Origin: an uncultured Clostridia bacterium | GTDB lineage: Bacteria > Bacillota > Clostridia > TANB77 > CAG-508 | Direction: 5' to 3' | NCBI GenBank assembly: GCA_963558405.1 | Contig: CAUWGC010000001.1 | Coordinates: 100,718-164,717 of the forward strand | Length of the DNA stretch: 64,000 nt | Part shown: positions 50,710 through 59,761 of the stretch, in pieces | Layout of the letters: each line of letters begins with the position of its first letter | Position numbering within the stretch: position 1 is the first letter of the stretch | Translations under genes and position numbers: made by a program | The notes under the pieces: generated by a model | Database searches by the model: none | Told to the model about the DNA's origin: nothing | What the model saw: the letters and a program-made list of their open reading frames with translations, nothing else

Positions 50710-53293
50710 ATGATTAAGAAAAAGAAAATTATTAGTTTAATAATGCTAGTTCTGATATTATTAAATTCTATGTCAGGGCTTGTAATGGCTTTTGATTTAG
50801 ATAGTGCAAAGATTGAAAATCTTGGAGATTGTGGATATCATTTACAATTCTGGGATTCAAAACAAGGAAATTGGTCATATATAATCACAACAATGGTTGG
50901 TTATAGAGATAATACAGGTACATTACATTATGCATATTGTATGGATGCATCTAAACCTGGAGTTGGTGAAGGTGGTAGTTATACAGTAGATGTATCAGAA
51001 ATGCTAAAAGATCCAAAAATTTATACTGCAATAATCAATGGATTTCCTTATAAATCAGCAAGTGAATTAGGGGTAGAAAATGATTATGATGCATTTGCAT
51101 TGACAAAACAAGCAGTATATTCTATTTTATATAACAGAGATGTAAGAAGTTATTATAAAGGTGGAGATGCACGAGGACAAAAAATGGTAGACGCAATGGA
51201 AAGAATAGTTAATACAGCAAGAAACAATCCACAAACACCAAATACATCAACAGGATTAAATATAAACAAAATAGGCGAATTTCAAAAAGATTCAAAAGAA
51301 GGATATTATAGCCAAACTTATTCTGTTTCAGGAGGAGCAGAAGTAAAAGATTATACTGTTTCTATAAATAATTATATTGATGGAACTATGATAACAGATA
51401 TAAATGGCAACATTAGAAATAGTTTTTCAGGTGGAGAAAAGTTTAAAATTTTAGTACCAACAAAAAATATTATTGAAAATAAATCAATATCAATAAGTGT
51501 AACTGGTAATGTAAAAAATTACCCAATATTTTATGGTAAAGCTCCATCAGGAGATTTACAAGATTATGCATTAACATATAGTGCATATTCGACTGCACAA
51601 GGAGAGGAAAAACTTGATATTGACGCATATAAATCAAAAATAAAAGTTGTAAAAGTTGATGCAGAAACAAAGCAACCTTTAAATGGCGTTGAATTTAATT
51701 TTAAATATGCAGATGGACAAAATATAGGAAATTATAAAACAGATAAAAATCGGAATGATTGAATTAACAGGATTAAGACAAGGAAAAGTTATAGCAACAG
51801 AACTTTCTACATTACAAGAATATATTTTAAATAGCGAAGAACAAGAAATAGTATTAGGATATGATGATTCGCAAACAATGACAGTTGAAAATGAACATAA
51901 AAGAGGTAATTTAAAAGTATTTAAAGTTGATGCTGATAATAATAAAATTGCTATTGGTGGAGTCAAATTTGCATTATATTCTTATGAATTTGAAAAAGTA
52001 ACAGGATATTATACAACTGATGCCAATGGAGAGATTTTTATAGAAGGTTTGCGAACAGGAAAATGGGCATTAATAGAACTTGAAACAAATAAATGGTATA
52101 ATTTATCCGAAGACCCAGTAGATATTGAGGTAGAATGGGATGAAACTACTGATACTACAATTGAAAATGAACTTAAAAAATCACAAGTCAGAGTTATAAA
52201 AGTTGACCAAGAAAATCATAAGATAAGATTAGAAGGTGTAGAAATAGAGGTACTTGATAAAGATGAAAATGTTTTGGAAACAATTGTAACAGACAAGAAT
52301 GGAGAAGCGGTTACTTCAAGATACCCAGTTAGAGATTACCCTGTGTTATATTTAAGGGAAAAAAGTACACAAGATAAATATGTGTTAGATCCTACAATAA
52401 AAGAAATTGAACTAAAAGAAAATGAAATTGTTGATTATATATTTGAAAATCGTAAAATAAAAGGTCAAATAGAAATAATAAAAACATCTGATGATGATAG
52501 TGAAATTACAGGAATAAAGAAAGGCGACCCAATACCAAATGTTGAATTTGATGTGTTTGATGAAAATAAAGAATATATAGAAACAATAGTTACCGATGAA
52601 AACGGAAGAGCAAGAACAAGTTTATTAGAAAAAGGAATTAAATATGTAAAGGAAAAGAATAGTGCTGAATGGTTTTTACTAAATACAACAGAATATTCAG
52701 GAGAGATAATAAATGATGGTGATGTAATAGAAATTAATATTACAAATACACCTGAAAAACCTGATATTGATGTAGAAAAAGAAGGCATAATTCAAACAAC
52801 AGCTAATGAAGAAATAAAATACGATTTTACAATAAAAAATACAGGTAACACAAAATTAGATAAGTTTACTTGGTTTGATTATTTACCAACTGACTATGTA
52901 ACACCAACAAAATTAATAACAGGGACTTATAATCAAGATTTGAATTATAATATTTATTATAGAACTAATTTGAATGATTATAAAATATTAGCAGAGGATT
53001 TGAATACTAAAGAAAATCATTATATTGACTTTACTAATATTAATTTAGCAGAAGGTGAATACATTACAGAATTTAAAGTAGACTTTGGAACTGTAGATGT
53101 TGGATTTGAGTCTGTTGATAAGCCACAATTATTTGTGAAAGTGAAATCTGATGTAAATAATGATGATGTATTTGTTAATAAAACAAGAGTAGAAGGATAC
53201 AACAAGACTTATTTAGTTTGGGATGAGGATGATCATCCAACAAAAGTATATGAAAAAGAATTAGAAGTTAAGTTACCAAGAACAGGTTGCTAA
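50710..53293 (+). CDS. Thioester-domain/SpaA-repeat adhesin, +1 shift at CGG 51751
   Basis: Signal peptide; YAYCMD...TKQAVY (Cys-Gln thioester type); repeated KVD...GV.F...TD.NG domains; the shift restores TDKN-GMIELTGL; ends LPRTGC. Confidence 0.8.
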
Positions 53294-53345
53294 GTATTAT
53301 GGAGGGTTCAGAAGTGAACTCTCCTTTTTTAGAAAGGATGATTAA

Positions 53346-53966
53346 ATGGATAAAGCAAAATTAAGTAAAATGGAAGAACTAGATGCTAAAATTGAAAAAG
53401 TTACTTATGATTTATCAAGTTTAGAAAATAGAAAAAAAGAAATAGAAGAAAAGAAATTTGCAAAACAACAAGAAATTGGAAAACAGGAAGAGGAAAAGAA
53501 AAACATACTTGAAAAAACTGATAAGATGAATAAAGTACAAAAGTTTGTTTATATTGTATTTGCATTAAAAAATGACTTAAAACAAGTCGAATTATTAAAT
53601 GCTAAAATTGACCAAAATAGAAAAGAAAAAGATAATATACAAAATAAAATTGATATTCAAAATAACTTGTATTTAGATACTATTAAAGAAAAAGAAAAAT
53701 ATATTGAACAAAGAAAAGAGCTATATATAGAAAAAGAAAGTACATTACAGGAAAAACAAGAGAAACAAGAAAAAGTAGAAGGAGTAAGAAGTGCACAAGA
53801 TTTAGCAAAAATCCATCAAATTGCAAAGCAATATAAAAATAGTAAAATTATGCAAAAAATAGCTCAAGTAATAGAAAATGAAATAAATAAAGTATTTGAA
53901 AATAAACAGGATACAAAAGTAACAAAAAATAAAAAAGTAGCAGAAGAACAAGATGAGATGGAGTAA
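53346..53966 (+). CDS. Coiled-coil hypothetical protein
   Basis: AAGGATG SD; tail EEQDEME. Confidence 0.65.
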   Translation: MDKAKLSKMEELDAKIEKVTYDLSSLENRKKEIEEKKFAKQQEIGKQEEEKKNILEKTDKMNKVQKFVYIVFALKNDLKQVELLNAKIDQNRKEKDNIQNKIDIQNNLYLDTIKEKEKYIEQRKELYIEKESTLQEKQEKQEKVEGVRSAQDLAKIHQIAKQYKNSKIMQKIAQVIENEINKVFENKQDTKVTKNKKVAEEQDEME

Positions 53967-54103
53967 GCTCCATATAAGGAGATAACATTGAAACAAGTAG
54001 AAAAAATAATCAGACAAGGAAATTCAGGATATAAAAAAATATATTCTATTATTAGGTTAAATAATAAAATTATCAAAAACAGAAAAGTAAATAAAAAAAG
54101 TAG

Positions 54104-54844
54104 GTGATTGATATCGAAGATAAAGTACAAGAATTAATGGTTAGTACGAATAAACTAGCCAAAGAAATATTTGAGAATCAAACTAAGATGAAAGAATTTT
54201 TAAAGACTCTTTCTAATATGTATAATACAAGCTATAATAATATTTTATTATTAAAATCACAAAGAGATGAAATAAGTTTTATAGCTAGTAAAGAGGATTT
54301 TGAAAAACAAAAATATAATGTGAATGAAGGAGAAAAGCCACTTAAAATAATTAAAAGAATAAAAGTTGAAGATGAAGTTAAGTTTAAAGTGGCAGAAGTA
54401 TTTGATATATCACAAACAGATGCAATAAAAAACAAGAATGTATATGAAAAAGAATATATAGATAAAATGCTAAAAGGTATGTGTGAAAGAAGAGGATTAT
54501 ATTATGATCCAAATAATCAAATTCAAAATATTGAATTAATAGTAAGTGATATAAGTCAAAATACAAGACAAGGAAATCTGTTAAAATATGATGTAGATAA
54601 ATTTGCAATGCAAAGTCAAGCAGAAGTTAATGCTACTACATTTGTATTAGCAAAAAAGTTAGGTATTAATACTAGAAATTATAACTTAGAAAATATATGT
54701 AAATGGGGAGTTGATAAAGACATAAAAACTTTAAAAGAAAGTTTGAAATATATGCAAAAATTTACTAATTATTTTGTAAAAGATTTTGAAACGCAAGAAA
54801 AGATTAATAAAATAAAAAAACAGGAACAAGAGGAAATGGAATAA
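54104..54844 (+). CDS. ArdC-like ssDNA-binding/antirestriction domain protein
   Basis: SYNNILLLKSQ, VNEGEKPLKII, VFDISQT, EVNATTFVL; tail QEQEEME. Confidence 0.65.
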   Translation: MIDIEDKVQELMVSTNKLAKEIFENQTKMKEFLKTLSNMYNTSYNNILLLKSQRDEISFIASKEDFEKQKYNVNEGEKPLKIIKRIKVEDEVKFKVAEVFDISQTDAIKNKNVYEKEYIDKMLKGMCERRGLYYDPNNQIQNIELIVSDISQNTRQGNLLKYDVDKFAMQSQAEVNATTFVLAKKLGINTRNYNLENICKWGVDKDIKTLKESLKYMQKFTNYFVKDFETQEKINKIKKQEQEEME

Positions 54845-54868
54845 GGATTCTATTTCAGAAAGGATATA

Positions 54869-55516
54869 ATGGAAGAACAATTTACAATTAATATGTCAAA
54901 AGAAGAAATGCTACGATATTATGCTAATAAAATTGTTGAAGATGGAATTCGAAGTTGTTCAGAATTTAATACAACAGTTTTTCTAACTGATTATAATACT
55001 AATAGTATAAAATTAGAAAAGTATAAAAATGAAATCTTACAATTATTATATAGAGATGAAAGAATTGCTGATGTGGTAATAGATGAAAAATTAAATATTG
55101 ATATGGTATTTTATACGGATTATTGTCCGTTTTATTATAAAGAAGAAAATATGTTATATAACGATATAGCGGATAGTCCATCATATCAAGGGATAATGTT
55201 AGAGAGTTTTATTGATTATATGCAAAAAAGGATAAATGAAGAATCAATTATATCTACTAGGATATTAATAGATAATTTTGTACAAGAAAAACAAATGAAT
55301 AATAGAAACAAAGAAATATTAAATAACTTTTTGAAAAAAAGTATTATACAGACAGGATTTGTAGATAAATATATAGATAATATTAGTGTATATATTACAT
55401 ATAAAAATTATAAAGAATTGGAAGAAAGTTTATCCAATATAGTTAAGCAGAAGGATAAAGAAGCAAAAAAGCTTTTTAAAGAATCAATAAAACAAATGGA
55501 TGAAGAATTTGAATAA
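54869..55516 (+). CDS. Hypothetical ICE protein
   Basis: AAGGA SD; tail MDEEFE. Confidence 0.65.
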   Translation: MEEQFTINMSKEEMLRYYANKIVEDGIRSCSEFNTTVFLTDYNTNSIKLEKYKNEILQLLYRDERIADVVIDEKLNIDMVFYTDYCPFYYKEENMLYNDIADSPSYQGIMLESFIDYMQKRINEESIISTRILIDNFVQEKQMNNRNKEILNNFLKKSIIQTGFVDKYIDNISVYITYKNYKELEESLSNIVKQKDKEAKKLFKESIKQMDEEFE

Positions 55517-55518
55517 AC

Positions 55519-55550
55519 AAAAAAGCTCTAGTTAAAACTAGAGTTTTTTT
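55519..55550 (+). terminator. Intrinsic terminator
   Basis: AAAAAGCTCTAGTT-AA-AACTAGAGTTTTTT. Confidence 0.75.
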
Positions 55551-56025
55551 GTTGCAAAAATTAAATAAGATTAACGAGAGATGCCATAAACTCGTTGTGA
55601 AATAATAAAGTGACAGGTGTTATGAGCCGATGCTATAAAGTTCATTCGTATTAGTATAAACGGTCTATTTATACAAAATGCGTAAGTGAGATTTTGTAAC
55701 ATATACTCACAATAAAAAAAGAGTTTCAGGGGGCAAAACTTGTAAGAGGATATATAGGTGTAAAAAGTGTGGGCAAGGATGCACAAAGTTATTTAATAAC
55801 AGCACTTGTAATAGATTTTAAAATCTATATACTAGACTATCATTAAAAAAAGCGACGGAATGAGGGGGTTCGATTTGATGTATTATTTTTTGTAAGCAAG
55901 GGGATAATACATCATTTTTTGCTCAAGAATTTCGGAGGTTCAAAATAAAATAAAAAAATTTGCAAATGGCTTGACATAGGTCTGTACAAGAGTTAACATC
56001 ACCAAAAGATAAAGGAGGAGTAAAT

Positions 56026-56364
56026 ATGGAAAAAATACTAGAAAAAATAATTTTAGAAGAATCAAAAGAGTTTTTTGATTTAGTGTATGAAGATATGGAG
56101 AATAGTGGAAAAACTATAACAGAAGAATATAAGAAAGGATTAAAAAAATATTCAGTAAAAAAGAATATTAGATATGAAAGATTAGAAAATAAAATTAAAA
56201 ATCTTTGTGAAAATAACATTACTTTGGAAAAAGAAATTAAAAAATTATTAGAAGAGTACATAGAAGTCGTAAATAGTGAAAGTAGCTATCAAATAAAACA
56301 ATATTATAAACAAGGAATAAAAGATGGTGTTGTTATTATGACAGATATTTTTTACGGAAAATAA
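56026..56364 (+). CDS. Hypothetical protein
   Basis: AAGGAGG SD; YYKQGIKDG motif; promoter TTGACA(55971)-17-TAACAT upstream. Confidence 0.65.
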   Translation: MEKILEKIILEESKEFFDLVYEDMENSGKTITEEYKKGLKKYSVKKNIRYERLENKIKNLCENNITLEKEIKKLLEEYIEVVNSESSYQIKQYYKQGIKDGVVIMTDIFYGK

Positions 56365-56501
56365 TTTATAAAGAAGTTAGCAATTGGATTGTTAATTTCT
56401 TTTTGTTTTTTAATCTTTAATCTTTGACTTTTTTATTGAAATAAATGCATATTTATGTTATATTTTAATTGATTACAAAGAAAAAATTAAGTGGAGGAAA
56501 A

Positions 56502-56733
56502 ATGCTAAAAAAAAATATGTATTATTTTTTTAATTATAGCTGTAATAATATTAATATGTAGCATTAAATTTATTACTCAAGAACAATTATATATAAATGT
56601 GAATAGTCAGAACAGAGAATTTGTTAACGAAGCTTTAAATGGAAAAATTAAAAATGTAGGAGCAATAAAAAAAGTAAGTTTAGGTCAAGGATGGCATAGT
56701 GGAGAAGTATTGGTATATTATACACTAGAGTAA
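56502..56733 (+). pseudogene. Small secreted/membrane protein frameshifted in an A9 run
   Basis: GGAGG SD + ATG; removing one A from 56507-56515 gives MLKKICIIFLIIAVIILICSIK... to TAA 56733. Confidence 0.5.
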
Positions 56734-56753
56734 ATAAATTATTAGGGGGAGTT

Positions 56754-57602
56754 ATGAAAAATAAAAAGAAAAGAATAATAATTTTAGTATTGTTAATTAT
56801 TATATTGTTTATCGGTGGTATAGTCGTCGGAGGATATTTATTAAAAAAAGATAATGAAAACATAGAACAAAGAAAACAATCTGAAACTGAAGAACTTGTA
56901 GAGAATGATGGTGTGATAGCTAAAGAAAAATTTAATAGTAGTTTTAATTGTGGGAAAATAGTTGGAGAAAATGAGCTAATATATGGATATGTTGATTCTG
57001 TTAATGGAGATATTGTTAAAATATCAGATATATATAAATTGCGTGGAGGAAGAGGGTTTGACTGTAAGGAATATACCGAAGGATATGTTGATTTAGAAAA
57101 TGTAGAAATGATTGAATATTATGGTACAGGAGATAAAATTGAAAAAGAGAACTTAATAGGAAATATAATATTTTGTAAAGGCAAATTAGTACAAAAGGAA
57201 ACAAACAGTTATTTAGATGAAGAAACAGGAAATTTTTTAAAAGTTAATAATAACAAAATAGAGACAATAGATAGAATGTATTTTTATAATGAATTAAATC
57301 AAATTATAAATGAAAAACAAAAAATTAATAACATTGAAATAGTTGGTATTGATACAGAAGAAAAAGATATTGAAGGTGGAGGAATATATTTTAAATATAT
57401 ATCAAAAATAAATATAGACAATAAAGAAATTGATGTTCCTTGTATTAGCTGTATAAGAGTTACAGAAAATACTATATTTAAAAATGCAGATGAAAGAAAA
57501 TACCAAATAGGAAAAAAGATGAATGTTGTTTTTGAAGATAAAATTGAAAGCATTGAAGTAGAGCATCCAAAAGCAAAAGTAATAGAATATATTGATAACT
57601 AA
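56754..57602 (+). CDS. Membrane-anchored hypothetical protein
   Basis: Basic N-terminus plus TM, 282 aa. Confidence 0.7.
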   Translation: MKNKKKRIIILVLLIIILFIGGIVVGGYLLKKDNENIEQRKQSETEELVENDGVIAKEKFNSSFNCGKIVGENELIYGYVDSVNGDIVKISDIYKLRGGRGFDCKEYTEGYVDLENVEMIEYYGTGDKIEKENLIGNIIFCKGKLVQKETNSYLDEETGNFLKVNNNKIETIDRMYFYNELNQIINEKQKINNIEIVGIDTEEKDIEGGGIYFKYISKINIDNKEIDVPCISCIRVTENTIFKNADERKYQIGKKMNVVFEDKIESIEVEHPKAKVIEYIDN

Positions 57603-57655
57603 TATAAAAGTAAATGAATATAAAAATGATAGATAATAAGAAAGGAAGAAGTTAG

Positions 57656-58474
57656 ATGAGAAAAATTGTTGCAATAGGTGGAGGAGAAAACGGAAGAATT
57701 TTGGATGATGGAACAGCAATGCCGTATGAAACTGAGAGAATGGATAGAGAAATAATAAGATTAACAGGAAAGGAAAAGCCTAATTTTTTATTTCTAGCAC
57801 ATTCACAAAGTTCATCATTGGAAATACAAAAAAGTTATTATGAAACAATGGAAAAAATTTATGGGGAGAAATTTGGATGTAATTGTCAAGATTTGAAAAG
57901 CATTGAACTGAGAAATATGGAATTAGTGAAAGAAAAACTAGAATGGGCTGATATCATCTACGAAGGTGGAGGAGATACTTTAGAAATGATAGAACTGTGG
58001 AAAAATACAGGTTTTGATAAGTTATTATATGAAGCTTGGAATAAAGGTAAAGTCATGTGTGGGGTGTCTGCTGGTGCTTGTTGTTGGTTCAAATCTTGTA
58101 ATTCTGATTCGATTAATATAGAAAATGGTCAGACAGAATTTACGAGTGTAGATTGCTTGAAATGGTTAAATGCTCATTTGACACCACATTGCGATGAAAA
58201 AGGAAGATATGAAACAACAAAAGAACAATTGAGAGAAAATTCTCTTGTAGGAATAATGTTATCTAATTGTTCGGCACTAGAAATAATAGATAATCAATAT
58301 AGAATGATAACATCTGAACCTCAGGGGCATAATATTGAAAAAGCTTTTGGAATTAAAGCATATTGGGATAAAAATGAATATAAAGAAAAAGAGATACCTG
58401 TTTCAAGTAAGTTCGAAAGTTTAGATAAATTATTAAATAAAGAAAAAGTTATTGATTATGAAGATGAAAGATAA
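57656..58474 (+). CDS. Peptidase E (S51) family
   Basis: IVAIGGG, IIYEGGGDT, GVSAGA, PH. Confidence 0.85.
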   Translation: MRKIVAIGGGENGRILDDGTAMPYETERMDREIIRLTGKEKPNFLFLAHSQSSSLEIQKSYYETMEKIYGEKFGCNCQDLKSIELRNMELVKEKLEWADIIYEGGGDTLEMIELWKNTGFDKLLYEAWNKGKVMCGVSAGACCWFKSCNSDSINIENGQTEFTSVDCLKWLNAHLTPHCDEKGRYETTKEQLRENSLVGIMLSNCSALEIIDNQYRMITSEPQGHNIEKAFGIKAYWDKNEYKEKEIPVSSKFESLDKLLNKEKVIDYEDER

Positions 58475-58748
58475 ATATTTAAAAGGTTAAAAAATGTATC
58501 ATATAAATGATACATTTTTTTTAAAATAAAATTGATTTAAGCTACTTATATGAACATTTTAAGAAAATTGTTGACATAAAAGACGAAAGGATATATAATA
58601 TAACATATTATAGTGTTTATACATGAGTTGAAAATGCAATTCATGAAAACGCTATACCAAATGTGAAAGGAGGAAAGAAACGAAAATCAAAAAATCTTTT
58701 TAGTAGAATTCAATTTTAACAAAATGGCAATGAAAAGGAGAGTGCAAC

Positions 58749-59756
58749 ATGAAAAGTGAGTTATTAAAATTGAGAGAAGAATTTATTGGGGAAATTTCTT
58801 CAGTTAAGACTCTAGAAGAACTTATATTATTAAAAAGTAAATATATAGGTAAAAAGAGTCGGATTTCTGAAGTAATGGCTTCAATAAAAGAGCTTCCAAT
58901 CGAAGAAAAAAAAGAAGTTGGAGGGTTGTGTAATAAATTAAAAAAAGAAATTACACAAAAAGTAAAGGAAAAAAATGAAGAACTTATTTCCAATAGTACA
59001 TTTAAATTTGATTTAACAATGCCTGTTAATAAAGACAAAGGTAGTTTAAGTCCAATTACTATTGTGGGTAAGGAAGTGTGTGATATTCTTCAGAAACTAG
59101 GATTTACAATTGTTTCTGGACCAGAAATAGAAGATGAATATCACAATTTTGATGCATTAAACATACCGTCCTCTCATCCTGCTCGAGATATGCAAGATAC
59201 TTATTGGACGAATTTTGGAAGATTATTAAGAACACATACTTCTCCTTGCCAAGTAAGAGCAATGGAAAGATATGGAGCGCCTTTAAGAATTGCAGCACCA
59301 GGCAGATGTTTCAGAAATGAAGATATAGATGCTTGTCACGAAAATACATTCTTTCAATTAGAGGGTATGGTAATTGACAAAGATGTATCTATTTCTAATT
59401 TGCTGTATGTGATGAAAGGAATTTTGAGTGAGATTTTCGGCAAAGAAGTAGAAGTTAGATTAAGACCAGGGTATTTTCCATTCGTAGAACCAGGTTTTGA
59501 ACTAGATATTAAATGTTTAATATGTAATGGTGAAGGATGTCCAACTTGTAAGGATAGTGGTTGGTTGGAACTGTGTCCTTGTGGTATGGTTCATCCAAAT
59601 GTTCTTAGGATGAGTAATATTAATCCTGATGAATATTCTGGATTTGCATTTGGAATTGGTCTTACAAGACTTGCAATGATGAAATATCATATTAATGATA
59701 TTAGAATTTTAAATTCATGTGATTTAGAAGAATTAAAACAATTTGATATTATGTAG
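58749..59756 (+). CDS. pheS: Phenylalanine--tRNA ligase alpha subunit (element-borne)
   Basis: NFDALNIP..HPARDMQDT, LLRTHTSP, RPGYFPFVEP, GFAFGIG. Confidence 0.95.
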   Translation: MKSELLKLREEFIGEISSVKTLEELILLKSKYIGKKSRISEVMASIKELPIEEKKEVGGLCNKLKKEITQKVKEKNEELISNSTFKFDLTMPVNKDKGSLSPITIVGKEVCDILQKLGFTIVSGPEIEDEYHNFDALNIPSSHPARDMQDTYWTNFGRLLRTHTSPCQVRAMERYGAPLRIAAPGRCFRNEDIDACHENTFFQLEGMVIDKDVSISNLLYVMKGILSEIFGKEVEVRLRPGYFPFVEPGFELDIKCLICNGEGCPTCKDSGWLELCPCGMVHPNVLRMSNINPDEYSGFAFGIGLTRLAMMKYHINDIRILNSCDLEELKQFDIM

Positions 59757-59761
59757 AAAGG

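Noticed and set aside
14614-51753. Simple CGG sense reassignment (to Gln or Trp) as the explanation for the split genes
   Set aside because: A three-base reassignment would not change frame; every site needs a one-nucleotide skip.
39354-53293. Ordinary pseudogenisation of the ICE transfer region
   Set aside because: The lesions are all the same type (C before a Gly codon), and apart from the ambiguous virD4 start no other indels or stops were seen. Not fully excluded.
58560-58748. T-box riboswitch or leader peptide before pheS
   Set aside because: No T-box consensus or terminator/antiterminator visible; the AAAGGAGG near 58667 has no canonical start at normal spacing.
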